A stretch of DNA of 63,534 nucleotides, the filler included, from Asterionella formosa (Eukaryota): the NCBI GenBank assembly GCA_002256025.1. It is 16 parts of 16 records of this genome, joined end to end, with 100 filler letters (N's around TTAATTAATTAA, not from the genome) between each part and the next. Parts side by side here need not be neighbours in the genome. Positions count along the whole stretch, not along the records: positions 62,213 to 63,534 come from NKIB01003005.1; 15 more parts are not named here. One strand, 5' to 3'. Of the stretch, positions 62,326 through 63,534 are shown one piece after another. Each line of letters opens with the position of its first letter. Position 1 is the stretch's first letter. Position numbers and translations under genes: made by a program. The notes beneath the pieces were generated by a model. It saw nothing but the letters and a program-made list of their open reading frames with translations. It ran no database searches and was not told the origin of the DNA.

Positions 62326-63534
62326 TATGATGATTTACTGTCTCACTGCAGTAGGTCATGAACATATGGTGTTCTGTTGCTTGCTTACTACCTGGTACTC
62401 TGACTACCTGGTACCCCCAGTATATCCCTTCTTACCTGCGACTGGTACTCTGTATATATATATGAAAAAATGTTATTGTCGTATGATTTACCGGTACACA
62501 TGAAGAACTCCCGCCCAAAAAAGGGGCTCCTCACATATAAATAATGATACAATGGGTTATGACTTAGTACACCAATTGAATGGTCTAAATAATTAGTTCT
62601 AATGGATGTAGAAAATATTGATATTAAAATTTTATATCTATATACATGGCAAATATATTTGAAATCGTTCTGTCATGTTAACAAACAATGCCTGCTTCAT
62701 GAAAAGAAATATCGGAGCAAAGCACATGACAAGAAAGGAAAAGTTTACACAATAACAAAAAAACATTGTGGCTTCGACACATTGCGCCTTCAAAGGATGG
62801 AGTATGTTTAACATAATGAAGCCATCAATGTGGTACTTGGATGAAAATCGTTGGGAGGCAGGACAACAACAAATTGGAAACTAAACACACATTTCCTTTC
62901 TTTCAGTTGAATCACAGCCCGTTTCGCTTGTTGGGAAGCACCAATGTAAAACAAAACAAAATTGGTAAGTGCTCTTGTCATTGGACCTATTCACTTCTGA
63001 TGGAACATAAATGACGGACTCGCCAAGTTTACCTTCTCTCAAAGTTAAGCTAACAAAAATGAATCGGTAAGTTTTATTCGGCAACATTGGAAACCTGAAA
63101 CTTACTTATTCAAGAATTTACTGACAATTTACTATTACAGACTTATACATCACTTGCTTTGATTTGGCTGTGGTAAGTGAAGCCAGCAAGAGGATACAAC
63201 CATGATGGAATGACGTGATGTTGCTTGTGTCAGTGTAACATGTCTAGCTAACAAGTCATTCCTTCTCATTGTTACTGTAACTGCATAGGACAATAAAACC
63301 GATCAAACGGAATAGCCGGCGAGTTCAGAATGACACTAACAGCAGGGAGAGAGATGCAACATTAGTAAGGCATTGCTTGGCACAAGATTCAGAAAAGAGG
63401 AAGAAAAGGGCGAGACACGAACAATATACATTGAGCCGAGTAAAGCAGAGAGAAACATTGGGTCGCTGGCATGTAGATTAATAGATAGCATTGCTAAATT
63501 TGATAGTTAAATTATGATCCATTTCAATCTATTT

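Overview
Eukaryotic nuclear DNA, most likely a diatom. This rests on short GT-AG introns, bipartite plastid-targeting leaders, Nup62, a DOCK GEF and diatom-type Copia/Gypsy/MULE/Harbinger/Plavaka-like transposon remnants. The window is not one locus. It is 16 contigs joined by an artificial 100-nt linker (44 N + TTAATTAATTAA + 44 N): two of ~21.7 kb (1-21776, 21877-43608), then fourteen of 1320-1326 bp, so adjacency across linkers means nothing. Contig 1 holds a frameshifted Harbinger transposase, glycerol kinase, a 3-exon ~3798-aa DOCK-family GEF, an EGY-like M50 protease, a plastid-type hypothetical gene and the 3' end of a Copia element. Contig 2 holds Nup62/Nsp1, a ~14-kb nest of decayed transposons and an orphan membrane protein. 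The small contigs hold four near-identical 1324-bp sequences in which a PGRL1-like exon fragment is fused to a dispersed repeat, plus Mutator, Copia gag, Gypsy pol and LRR fragments. The most notable signals are (1) strong over-representation of the palindrome TACCGGTA, found only in non-coding DNA, (2) the truncated or captured PGRL1 exon, (3) a giant DOCK protein with a divergent nucleotide-sensor region and (4) a possible multi-gene Plavaka/CACTA-like element. No rRNA, tRNA or CRISPR array was recognised.
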